Shown one piece after another: positions 29,606 to 41,800 of a stretch of 64,000 nucleotides of DNA. Numbering within the stretch: position 1 is the stretch's first letter; the number at the start of each line of letters is the position of its first letter. The DNA lies in assembly GCA_002104945.1 (NCBI GenBank), contig MCFH01000021.1, positions 682,001 through 746,000 on the forward strand, read 5' to 3'. The notes under the pieces were generated by a model, which worked only from the letters and a program-made list of their open reading frames with translations, did not search any database and had not been told where the DNA came from. The DNA comes from Piromyces finnis finn. Taxonomy: Eukaryota > Fungi > Neocallimastigomycota. Both the position numbers and the translations under genes were made by a program.

Positions 29606-30456
29606 ATGTTTGCTACAAAAGTTATTCCAAAAATTTATGGTTATTTCCTTATATTATTAGGAATGTTTCTTAGTAATGTTGAAGCTATACCAATATTATT
29701 AGTTCCAAGAGCAAATGAAAGCACAAATAATGAAGAAAGTAAGTTTCGAATAAGTATTTATATTTAATATTGTAATTTATAGATTGTAATTATATTAACA
29801 AAAATTATTTTATAATATTATTAGACAAACAACAATTAATTCAAAAGATTATTGGTGCCATAGCTATTGCTACTGGTTTTTGTATTTGCTTTTTTGGTTA
29901 TCAATTATATAACAGAATTATTTTCTTTATTGGTTTCATTTGTGGTGTTTTCCTTACTAAATCAATCATTTCAAGCGTTTTCGGTGAGGTTAGCGATACT
30001 TTCTTTTATATATCTGCTATAATCATTGGTATTATTCTTGGTTCAGTTGCATTATGCGCTTATAAAGTATCACTCTGCATTCTTGGGGCATTAGCTGGTT
30101 ACGGTGTAGCTGCTATTATTATTGCATTTGTTCCAAGTGTTGCTGAAAAGGTTAACCCACTTATTATTACCATTATTTTAGCTATAGTATTCATTATTCT
30201 TATTAATGTAATGGAAATTCCAATTATTATTGTTGCAACTGGTATTGTTGGTTCATTCTTAATGTTCTATGGAACTGATACTCTTATCAATACTGGTTTT
30301 GCTCATGCTATTCAAACTATGTATGACAGTAAGAGTTTCGCATTATTCAATTCTAATAACAGTGTTAAAATTATGGTTACTGCTTCACTTCTTATCTCTG
30401 TTCTTGGTTGGGTTGTTCAATTTATTTCTTACAAACACAGCCATTATAAACAATAA
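29606..30456 (+). CDS. TM7S3/TMEM198-like (DUF4203) multi-pass membrane protein with signal peptide; 2 exons (29606-29738, 29825-30456)
   Basis: MFATKVIPKIYGYFLILLGMFLSNVEAIP...|...IIGAIAIATGFCICFFGYQLYNRIIFLIGFICG...IIGIILGSVALCAYKVSLCILGALAGY...IIIVATGIVGSFLMFYGTD, the typical Gly-rich TM pattern of DUF4203. Confidence 0.8.
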
Positions 30457-31276
30457 GTTAATAAACAATAATGAAAATAACAAAAGATTTTTGTTTAAAA
30501 AAAGAGATAAAAAAAAAAAAAGGAAATATTATAGCAAATACTATTTTTGATATCTATTTTTGTATTTAATAGATATAAAAGATTAATTTTTATTATATAT
30601 ATTATACTATTATCAATATTTATAGCCAGAAGAAAAATAACAACCATTAATGTATATTTAGTATAATCCATTTGATTTTGAGGGATTATATTATTGTATT
30701 TTAATTATTTGTATATATTTTTCTACATATAACAAAAGCATAGTTCAAACATTAATATTATATATTTATTATTATAAGCATAATATAAAAATGTATCAAT
30801 ACTTTACAAAACAATAAAATTTATACCAAGATTCGTATACCATATTAATTTTAATTATTTTGATATACACTTTATTATAATCAACTAATGATTTTAATAA
30901 AATTTTATATAGGATTAATATTTTTTTTCTTATTTTTCTATTTTTTTTTTTATTCTTTTTATTTTATACAATTATTATAATATAATAATGAACTTTTTAA
31001 CTTTTCTAGTATATATGTAATATTACTATGCAATATCCATTTGTTTTCAAATTTCTATGTTGCATGTAATTTTAAAAATTAAAAAAAAAAAAATATATAT
31101 ATATATATAGAATTATGCATATTTTAGCTAATATAAATTTATTAAATATATGTTACTCATAAAATAAATAACCATATTAAGAGATAGTATTATTCTTTAT
31201 TTTTTTTTTTCCCCTATAAATGAATATATGAATATGTAGGTGTAAATGATTTAAATTATCTGTTAATAGGATGCTT

Positions 31277-34155
31277 CTATATTGAGTTTGAATAGGATGA
31301 AGTAATATTATCGTAGGAAGATGTCATATTATATGATTTACTATTTATTATTATATTAGGATTATAATGATAACTAATCATTCTTAAAAATAGATTGGGA
31401 TGAGGAATGTAATGATCATTAATATAATAATTATTATTAATATTTTCTTCATCATCATTACTATTTAAATTATTGGTATCTGCCTCCATATCATTGTAAT
31501 TCACTTCTTTTAGTTTATATTGATAATTATTTGATGGCTTTCTACTTACTATAAATATTCTTAATATATAAACATATATGTAATTTGAAAGGGAATATAA
31601 TATTACAATAAATGTATGGATAGTATAGAAAACGTTATAATTATTTAATTTAATATAATTAATTATAATTAATAGTATAATCACAAGACTTTCAAGATAA
31701 ACGGTAAATAGTATTGCTCTAATATCTTCATAAATCGATTTTATATTCCATTCAATGAAAATAAGTATTAAAATTATTATAATTAAAAAAACTTTTATGA
31801 TAGAGTAACTTAACATTGTAATATCTCCAAAAACACTATTCATTGAGCAACGGTTAAAATTTCTATTATCACAAGATATTCTTATGTCATTAGAAAAAGG
31901 TGAATAAATGAGAAAACCATTTAAGAACACTTCTACACTGATGATTCCCATTATAAATATATTTTTGTTTAGTACAAACCATTTTTTTATTTCATTTTTC
32001 TCAGGAAAATGAATAATAAGTTTGTAGAGAATTGGTATAATGTTGAATGTTATCCCAAATAGAAGCATTGAAAGCCCTAATTGACATTTAAAATTAGATA
32101 ATGGTCCAAATTTTGTGTATTCTGAACAAAGGCATAATAATGTTCCTGAACAATACATTACCCATTGATCATTTGTAAAGAAATTATTAAATATTTCATA
32201 TTTTTTAATAGGAATCATAATGAACGTGTATAGTAATACAACTACAGTAATAGTTATAATTGAAATCATAATTAATCCAAATTTTGTTAATGGATCATAA
32301 TAATAAATACGTGTAATATCATCAATTTTTGTTAGTGTTTCTTCTGCTGATTGCCCTTTATATAAAAATTCAAAGAAATAATTCATAACTTTTGTAGAGT
32401 AAGAATCATAATCATCAACTTCATAGCTTGGTCGATGAATAGATTGAACATTTTGAATAAAATCACAATTGATAAAAGAACACACTTCTTTATCTTGGTA
32501 TAGGCTTTTTATACCAGAAAATAATTTATATCGGGAAATAATAATATTTTTTTGCTGTTTTAGTGAAGTGAAAAATTGTAACACTTTAATAGATGCTTCG
32601 ATATTTTCTTTTTTTATAAAATTAGCAATACCAATATTATATCCACCGATACATGATCCACTTGTTTCTAGATTTTTTCCTGGAAGTGGAGTCATACGAT
32701 ATTTTTCTAACCCAATACCTTCTATATCCCAAAATTTAAAAAATAGCATATCCCCATTAAAAATATTAAACGCGTTGAAACCTTCATTTGCTTGGAAAAT
32801 TTGATCTAATATTAATACAAATATTTAAACGATGAAAAAAAATATGTATGTTATGTTTATTATTGAAAAATCAGTATTTTAAATATTCAAAATGATTATT
32901 AGTAATTATTAAATCAATTAATTACCTGATGATATTTCTTTCTTGATTTTATCTAGTTTATTTAAGGCTTCCAATGCATTATTACTTTTAAAATTTGGAA
33001 ATGGTGATTCAGGTGTATCTCTAAAAGAGTATATAAATTCATAGATAGAACACATTGTGTTTTCAAAATCTTATATTTTAGTTATTAATATTGTTGTTAT
33101 TGTTATTGTTATTATTATTATTATTATTATAGGCATAATATTTATAATATAATGGTATATAAACATTAATTTATTAAATAAAATTATAATTTTTCTATTA
33201 AATTTTTAAAAAAATATTTTATATAGTTTTTGTGATATTTACTTGGAAATAATCCATTATAACCAATTAATTGAGAATTTTCATTAATCATTTTTTCCTG
33301 TTCTAATATGTATTTTCCTGTTTCAATTAATTCGTCCCATGTTTTTGGTATATTTTTATTATACTTTTGTAAGTATTCAATATTAGAATATAAACCATCA
33401 TATTTTAAAAAAATAGGCTATATTATATTTAAATATATAAAATTTAACAAATAAATAAATAATTTTTAAATAATAATAATTTAATAATTAATTTTATTTA
33501 AGTCTCCCTCCTTTTTTTTTTTTTAAAAAAAAAAAAAAAGTATAAACTATTTTGAAAAAACCAATTAATTATATATACTAAAATTAAAAACTTAAGCTTA
33601 CCAAGCCAACCAATCGATTATTATATACACTAACTTTTTGAGAATCTTTTGAATTATATAAATTTATATGCTCGGGTGGTAAATATTCTTTTAAATCTAT
33701 TAAGTAATTGGCATATTTTCTCGTATAGATTACATCATATATATATAAATCATATTTCCGTGATTTCTTTTTTAACAAGTATTCTATTGTTGAACCAAAA
33801 TCATTAATAGCATATGTTGTATTTTCATCTGAAAAAAGTGTTAAATTTAAAGTAATGTCTAGATTATTTTCCTTTGAATATTTATTAAATTCATTTACCA
33901 TTTCATTATGTAATTGTGCATAAGAAAGGTAAGAATATACTGCTATATTAATAGATATTGCTCGTATTATTCCTTAATATATAATAATTAAATATGAAAA
34001 TATTTAGAATAGTAAAAAAAAAAAAAAAACATAAATATTATGTTTTGTTATAAATTATAAAATATAAACATTATTTTATTATAACAAATAATTTGATTAT
34101 ACATACTTGAAAAAAGCAGTATAAATGCAAATAAATATTGAATTTTTAATTTCAT
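31277..34155 (-). CDS. Secreted periplasmic-binding-protein (SBP family 1-like) domain fused to a class-C-like 7TM receptor domain; 5 exons
   Basis: Signal peptide MKLKIQYLFAFILLFS|RIIRA; NEFNKYSKENNLDITLNL, KYDLYIYD, PKTWDELIETG, MTPLPGK..TSGSCIGGYNIGI, then 7 hydrophobic segments including CQLGLSMLLFGITFNIIPILYKLII and IFIEWNIK. All junctions GT-AG and in phase. Confidence 0.85.
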
Positions 34156-35397
34156 TCTTTAATCTTTTTTTTTTTATATATTTTTCAATATCATAATTAT
34201 AAAATAAATGTAATCTATTGCAAGAGATTGATATAACTATATAAAGTTTCTATATAAAAGGTTAAGATATTATTTATATTTTTATGTAATATTGTAATAT
34301 ATATTTTTTATATAAAAAAAATAAACTTTAAATATTATTAAATAAATATTCATTTATATGCTATAAAATGAATGGTAACTTTTATTAAACAACCATTAAT
34401 TTTTTCCAAAATTCTTAAACTTTATCTATTATTAAAAGTTACTAAAAATTTCTTTTAATTTATCAATGTATTATATAATTTTAATTCATATTGTTTTATA
34501 AAATATTAATTCTAAATAAAATCTATTTAATATAAATAATCACTTTAAAAAAAGATTATATATAACTTTTTGTATTTCTACTATTTGTTTGTACTTTTTT
34601 TTTTCCTCATAAATTTAATGTAGTTGGTTGTTATTCTAATAAATATATTGAATTCAAGTATATTAAAGAAATAAAAAATAACAGTAACAAAAAGTTAAAC
34701 ATTATTAAATATATTATCTAGATAGTAACATTATCTTGATAAATTATCATTTTTCAGTGATTTTTCTTTATCTTTTTCTTTTATATTTTTTTATGATTAC
34801 TTTTAACCATAAATAATAAAAAATATTCTTTTAAAATTTCGTAAAGTTTAATAAGAAAAGTAGAAATAAATTATATTAATTCTTTTCTGTTTGTTATTTT
34901 ATATATTTATTTAATTTCTTTTTTTTTTTAAGACATAATAACTTATAGAAAGGTGAATTTTTAAAAAATTATTTGATAAATGAAATAATAGTTCCTTTAG
35001 TAACATTTTAAATGCAATATAACAATATTTATTTATTTATTTATTTATTTATTTTTCTTAGAAAGAAAAAAACTATCAGATCAGGCATTGATTAGTTTTT
35101 TTTTTTCATTATGGAAAATAAATATATTTATTAAATAATAATAATAATAAAATTTTAAATGCATTTATTATTTTTATTATTATTATTATTTTTATTATTA
35201 TTATTATAGTTTAAAAAAATTAATTAAAATATAGTCTATATAAAAAAATAATTAATTAGATATTTATTTTTATAATTTTTTTTTTTTTACAATTTTTTCA
35301 TTATAATTAATTATTTTAATTTTAAACAAGAAGAAATTTATTAAATTTTTTATTATTTATATTTTAACAATATATAATATAATCTAATATAGTTGAA

Positions 35398-37851
35398 ATG
35401 GTATGTTTTTTATAAATATTAATAAGTTCATGTAATTAATAAATATTTATGGGTATTCCATTCCCCAAGGTAAATATTATATTAATTTTTATATAATAAA
35501 ATAAATAAAAACAATAATAGCATGGTGTAAAAAAAGCTTATATTTCCGAAGAAATTCGTCAAGAGAAGAAATTAAAAGAAAAATCAGAAATTAATGATTA
35601 TTTAAATTTAGTAAAAATCATTAATGAAAAGGTAATTAATATAATTATAAATTCGAAAAAATAAATTAATTTTTATTTTTTAAATTCTAATAAAATGTCT
35701 TTTTATTAAGAGAAAAAATAAAGTATATGATTCTGAGGCATTTAATATAACTACAAAGATTTTATCAATGAATGTTGAATACTATACTTTGTGGAATTTT
35801 AGAAGAAAAATACTATTACATGAATTCGAAACTTTGTAATATAGATTTTATTAATAATATTTAATTGATATAAATAATATAATTATAATAAACAATTAAA
35901 TATCTTATTATATTTAATTTTTTATTTTATTATTAGAATAATAATTTACTTTTAATATTAATTTTTTTTTATATATATCAATTGATTCTTTTTTCATAAT
36001 TAAAAAAAAATAAATAAATAACTATTTAATACAAAGAACTTCTGAAGAAAAGGAAAAAAAATTTGAAACAGAATTGGAATTTCAAGAAAAATGTGTTAGA
36101 AAGAAGCCAAAATCATATTGGGCATGGAATCATAGACGTTGGATTTTAGAAAATATGGAAAAGCCAAATTGGAAAAGAGAATTATTGTTAGTCAATGGGA
36201 TGTTAAATTTAGATACCAGAAATTGTAAATATAATAATAAAAGAATAAATGTAATTTAAAATAATAATAATATAATGTAATAAATATTAAATTATATACC
36301 ATTTTTATTATCTTAATATTATTAAATAAATAATTACAAAAAAAAAAAAAAGTTCATGGATGGGATTACAGAAGATATGTAATTTCAAAATCTGAAGTAT
36401 CAACAACAAAGGAAGAATTTGAATATACCAAAAAGAAAATTAGTCAAAGTTTCTCAAATTATTCTGCATGGCATTATAGAAGTAAACTTATTCCAAAACT
36501 AATTACTAAGAAAACAAAATGGGAAAAATTATTAGGAAATGGTATAGTATTATCTTTATTGAATTTTGAAATTAGCAATAAAATTTAATTTTAATGCTAT
36601 ATATATAATGATACAGAACTTGAAATGGTAAAAAACGCTGAATATACTGATCCTGCTGATCAAAGTGCATGGTTATACCATTGTTGGCTTCTCGGAGATG
36701 GTAAATAATACTTATTAATAATTTATTTTTAAAATATTCTAATTATTAGTTTTTTTTTTTTTTTAATTTATAATGGATTAGATAATAGTCTTGTAGGAAT
36801 TAAAAATTGTTATATAATTGACAATATTGATAATACATATACACTTGGCATTGAATTTTTTAAAAAAATAAAGGTAAAAAATATGAAATAAAAAAATATT
36901 ATAATATAACAGGAAATTAATAATATAATATTTAAATTTGATTATTGTATAAACAAATCAAAATATAATGAAATAATATTTAGTTAGTTTCATCTAATTC
37001 AATTAAAATTTCCTTAAATAACGAAAATCAAAACTCTGAATTTTTTACTCCATCTATAAGAAAAAATAAATTTAGTAAACTATGGATATCCTTTTTTTAA
37101 ATGATAATTAATATATTTAAATATAAATTAAAATTTTATTAATAGAATATAAAACTTAACTCAATTGATCATACATTTCAAAGTTAACTTTTAAAGATTT
37201 TTCTAAAAATCAAGATTCTATAATAAAAATTAGCTTTAATAAAAACGAAGTGATTACTATAGATGATAAAAAATTAATTATTCCAGATCTTGAATTTGCT
37301 CTTAATTCATTATATATTAAAGATGAAAATATGAATTATAATATAAAAGAACAATTAAATAATTTTAATTCTTTATGCAAAGAAGAAAAAAAAGAAGATC
37401 AAATAAAGATTGTAAATATCCAACCATCTGAAGATATATTAAATGAAGAATTAGAGTCTGTAAGAGAATTACTTGAATTAGAACCAGATAGTAAATGTAA
37501 GTAATATGTATCATCATATTTCTCATTATTATAATTTGTAATAGCAAATTAATTTATAAATTTATATTGAATAATTATTAATAGGGGCATTATTAACATT
37601 AGTTAAAATTTTATCTAAACTTGGAAATAATGAAGATGAAATCATTGAAATTCTTGAAAAATTAAAAGATATAGATATTTTCAGAAAAGAATATTATATG
37701 GATTTTGGTAAGATATTATTTATATTTAAGAGTTAAATTAGTAACAAATAATGTTTTAACTATTTAAAATATAAAATTATCAATTTAACAAAATAGTAAA
37801 CCAATTTAAAATGAATAAATGTATTATGAAGGTATAGTAATATTAATAATC

Positions 37852-37940
<89 letters not shown>

Positions 37941-38486
37941 TAATAATAATAATAAAATTTAGGCTGATAAAGACATATCACTTGATTTATCATCCCAAGA
38001 TCTAACTAAATTGCCATTAATTGACGAATGTTCAACATTTAAAAAAATAGATTTATCTAATAATCCATCAATATTTAAATCAATTGATAATGAAAACTCT
38101 CAAACTTATGATACATTATCATATTTAATAAGCGTAAATACATTAATTATTAATAAAAATTCTTTAAAATCAATTCCAAGATCATTACTTTCATTATTAA
38201 ATATTACTGAACTTTATTTAGAGAATAATGGTAAATAAAATATATTATAATCATCAATTTTTAATTAAAAAATATTAAAAGTTTTAATTTTTATTAATGA
38301 AAATGTTTATTTTTTTTATCCATATTTATTGAATACGGTAAAGAATTTTCAAATCTTGAAGATCTTAAACTTTTAAAACAAATTAAATCTTTAAAAACTG
38401 TTCATCTTGGTAAAAATCCTTTATTATCTTCTCATGAAGAATCAGAAATAAAAGAATATTTTAATGGCATTGATATTTATTTTTAA
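35398..38486 (+). CDS. RABGGTA: Rab geranylgeranyltransferase alpha subunit (PPTA repeats + ~200-aa insert + C-terminal LRR); ~13 exons
   Basis: M|HGVKK..., [31 protein letters not shown]|[53 protein letters not shown]|W, then LRRs ([32 protein letters not shown]). Confidence 0.93.
37086..37174 (+). other. U12-type AT-AC intron in RABGGTA, 89 nt
   Basis: CTA TGG|ATATCCTTTT ... AAACTTAAC-(14 nt)-AC|ATT TCA AAG restores the frame into ORF 37250..37504. Read-through gives ISFF*, and the alternative GTAAAC/AATAG pair also gives a stop. Confidence 0.9.
37855..37953 (+). repeat. (AAT)n microsatellite inside RABGGTA intron 37832-37962
   Basis: Direct reading. Confidence 0.93.
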
Positions 38487-38852
38487 TTAATTACAAGTGA
38501 AAACAAAAAATTAATTGATAATTTTTAAAGATATTTTACATAAAATATATTCAACTTATTATAATACTTTAAGGTCTTTATCTATATATTATGTCTTATT
38601 AAATAAAACTACGAATTGAAACAAAAAAAACAAAAAAACAAAAAAACAAAAAAATAATAAAAAAAATAAATTTATTTATTTTTTAATTATTAGAGTATAT
38701 TTTATTTAATTATTGCTTTTATAATTATTTTTAATATTCCTTGAAAATTTATTTTATATATATGCTTTGTTCTGCATTTTTTTTTTTTTTTTTTATGTTT
38801 TTTTTTTTTTTTTTTTTTTTTTGTTTTATATATTCTAGTATATATTAATTCT

Positions 38853-41800
38853 TTACTTTGATTTTTCAATATCATAATACATATTTTGCAATTCCTCCAA
38901 TGTAAAATCTAATTTTATATTGGTATTTGCATAACATTTATTAATTAATTCTTCAATACGTTTAATATGATCTGTAAATTCATTTTGAATGCTTAACCAG
39001 ATTTCTGGTATTAGACTTTCTTCAGTGAAATGTTTTGATAATTGTTTATACAAGTTTTCTAGACCTTTCTTTACCTAAATTATATATATTGTATTTTAGT
39101 AAATATTTATTTTTGTTTTTTTATTGATAATGTATATAAAAATAATATGTTTAAAACAATTGAACTTACATCTTTTCTTGTATAATTTCTTAAAACACTC
39201 TTTAATGAAGCTTTACTATACTTGAAATGATAACCAATTTCCTCTGGAGCATTTGTTGATAAAAGTTCTTCAATTCCATCAAAGAATTCCTTTTTATTAA
39301 AAAAAAAAAAAAATTATTATTAATATAAAATATTATTTTAATTATTATTAATGTTTTATTTAATTATATGAATTTACCATAAACTTTCCAAAGCTCTTAT
39401 AAATTACAATTTTCTTATAAGCCTTTAAATGATGGTTATAACGATTCTTTGCTTCAGTGATATAATAATGAAGAGTTTTAATTTGTCTTTCTGCTAATTC
39501 AATGTTAAAATAATGCATGTTTTCTATTTTCATTTAATCATATAAAAAAATATATAATCATTACATTATTATAATTGTTTTTATATAAAAAATTATTACT
39601 TTTTTTTTTTTTTTACCAATAATTAGTATATGAATATTTAATTTATCTTTTTCATCAATTTTTTCATTATCATTTGATATATCCTTTGTATAGGAATCAA
39701 TACATTCAAATATTTTTTTTGATGTTCTTTCATAAGTAATTGTGACAATACCAGAAGTCTCATTATCATTATTTTCTAAATTATATTCTAAACAATCTAC
39801 AAAGTTCTATAGAAAACGGAAAAACTATAATTAATTTTCATGTTTAATCTTATTTGTAAATATTAATATTTTAACTTACTGGGAATATACTAATGATTGG
39901 TAAAACACCTTGTGGTTTTTTCCTTATATTCTTAAATTCATCAATAGCTTTAAATTGTTTTTCCTTTGTTATTTGGAATTAATAGAAGAACAATTGAAAT
40001 TATTGAATTAATTCAATTATAATAAAAATTCAATTTTTAAATAAAAATAAATATATATAACTAAATTTTTTTTAATTATTCTTATTATTATTACCATATA
40101 TGAGTCAAAAACAACAACTAAATGCTTAAATACATATTCAACAATTGTATAAATATAATTTTGATCTGTATTTTTATAATCTCTAAGTAAGCATTCTAAT
40201 CTAACCATCATTCCTATAGCAAAAGTAGGATCATGTTGAGAACCAGCATCAACAATATTAATAAGTTCATTCTTAAAATTTTCAAATATGCTATTCATTA
40301 TATCGCTAATTAATATATATATTTAAATAATAATGAAATAAATTTAGAAAAGACGTTAATTTATATATATTTTATAATAGTTAAGATTTGTTATTTAAAA
40401 TTTAAATATAATAAATTTATCATACAATATTTTTTTTTTAATTTTTATATCCTTTATAGGATCGTGAACTTTTGATAATATAGCAACATCTAAACTTTTC
40501 ATATCTTCATCAAAGTTTTCATTTATTTCTTTATTTTTTTCAATACCATTTTCGATTTTATCATCATTAAGTGTCATAGTACTCTTTTTATTATTCGAAG
40601 AATTTAGTTTGAATATATTTAATATAAAGTTTTGTTCTTGAATTATTAAAGGTATGATAGCATTTAAGGTATTTGTTACTGCCTTTTTATTATTTTTGTT
40701 TTTATTTATGAAATATTATTATTAAATTATTAAAGTTAGAAAGAAAATAATTTATTATTAATTTAATTAACTATATAACAATTCATATTAAAACATACCT
40801 CAGGTGGATATAATTTTTCATCAGATATATCTGGAAGACTTGCTAAATTATCTGAAGTAGCTGTTTTAGCTGAAAATGATTCTTCTTTCACTTTTTTTAA
40901 AGAACTATTGTTATTGCTTTTCGAATTTTCATTATTACCAAATTTCATAAAATGTCTATGTTTCTTATCCTGACCGACCTTTAAAATTGACATTGAAATT
41001 TGAGATGCTGAAGAATTTTGGATTTTTTGAGTAATCTTATTTAAGCGTTCAATACCTTTTTCAAAAACTATAAATTTGAATAAATAAAATCAAAAATAAG
41101 TTTTAATATAAATCATTACCTGATTATTAAATTAATTTTTTAAAAATTTACCATAATCCGTCTCTTCGTTTCTTTTTTCCATATAATAAAATCTTAAAAG
41201 TTCTGAATAATCTTTAATTTCTTTTTTATATATTTCATTAATTATACCAACATAATTCTAAAATATATAACAACAATTATAATAATTATAATAATAATAA
41301 TAATTATTAACTATCATCAAATTAAAATTTATACTAATATTTTATTAAAAGATTATTTACCATTAATAGTTCATTATGTTTTATTGGATCTACATTTCTT
41401 AACCATAAGATTAATTTTTTATACTTAAATACTATATCTTGTATAGAATTATGTGTAAAAATCTGAAGTTGGAACTTTGATTTCTTGGTTGTCATTTTAC
41501 TCTTTTCTTTTATTTTTAAGATATTATCACTCTTTTTTAATAATAATCATGGTAAAAAAAATATGGAATTAATAAAAAATTAAAAAAAAAAAAAATATAA
41601 TTTAAAAAATATATATTGCAAAATTTATGCTTTTTTTATTAAAACTATAATAAATTACTTCTTTTTTGCATTCTTCAATTATACATTGTGATAATCTATT
41701 TGAAAAGTGATTTTCATAACCATGGAAAAGATTTATTTTTTCAGTTACAGCTGTCATTGATCTTAGATCTAATAAATTTTATAATTTTATTTTTTTTATT

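Noticed and set aside
30269-30550. Overlapping alternative-frame ORFs (30269..30550, 48837..49316, 32469..32804, 24696..24938, 51142..51396)
   Set aside because: They overlap well-supported CDSs in other frames or strands and carry no recognisable motifs.
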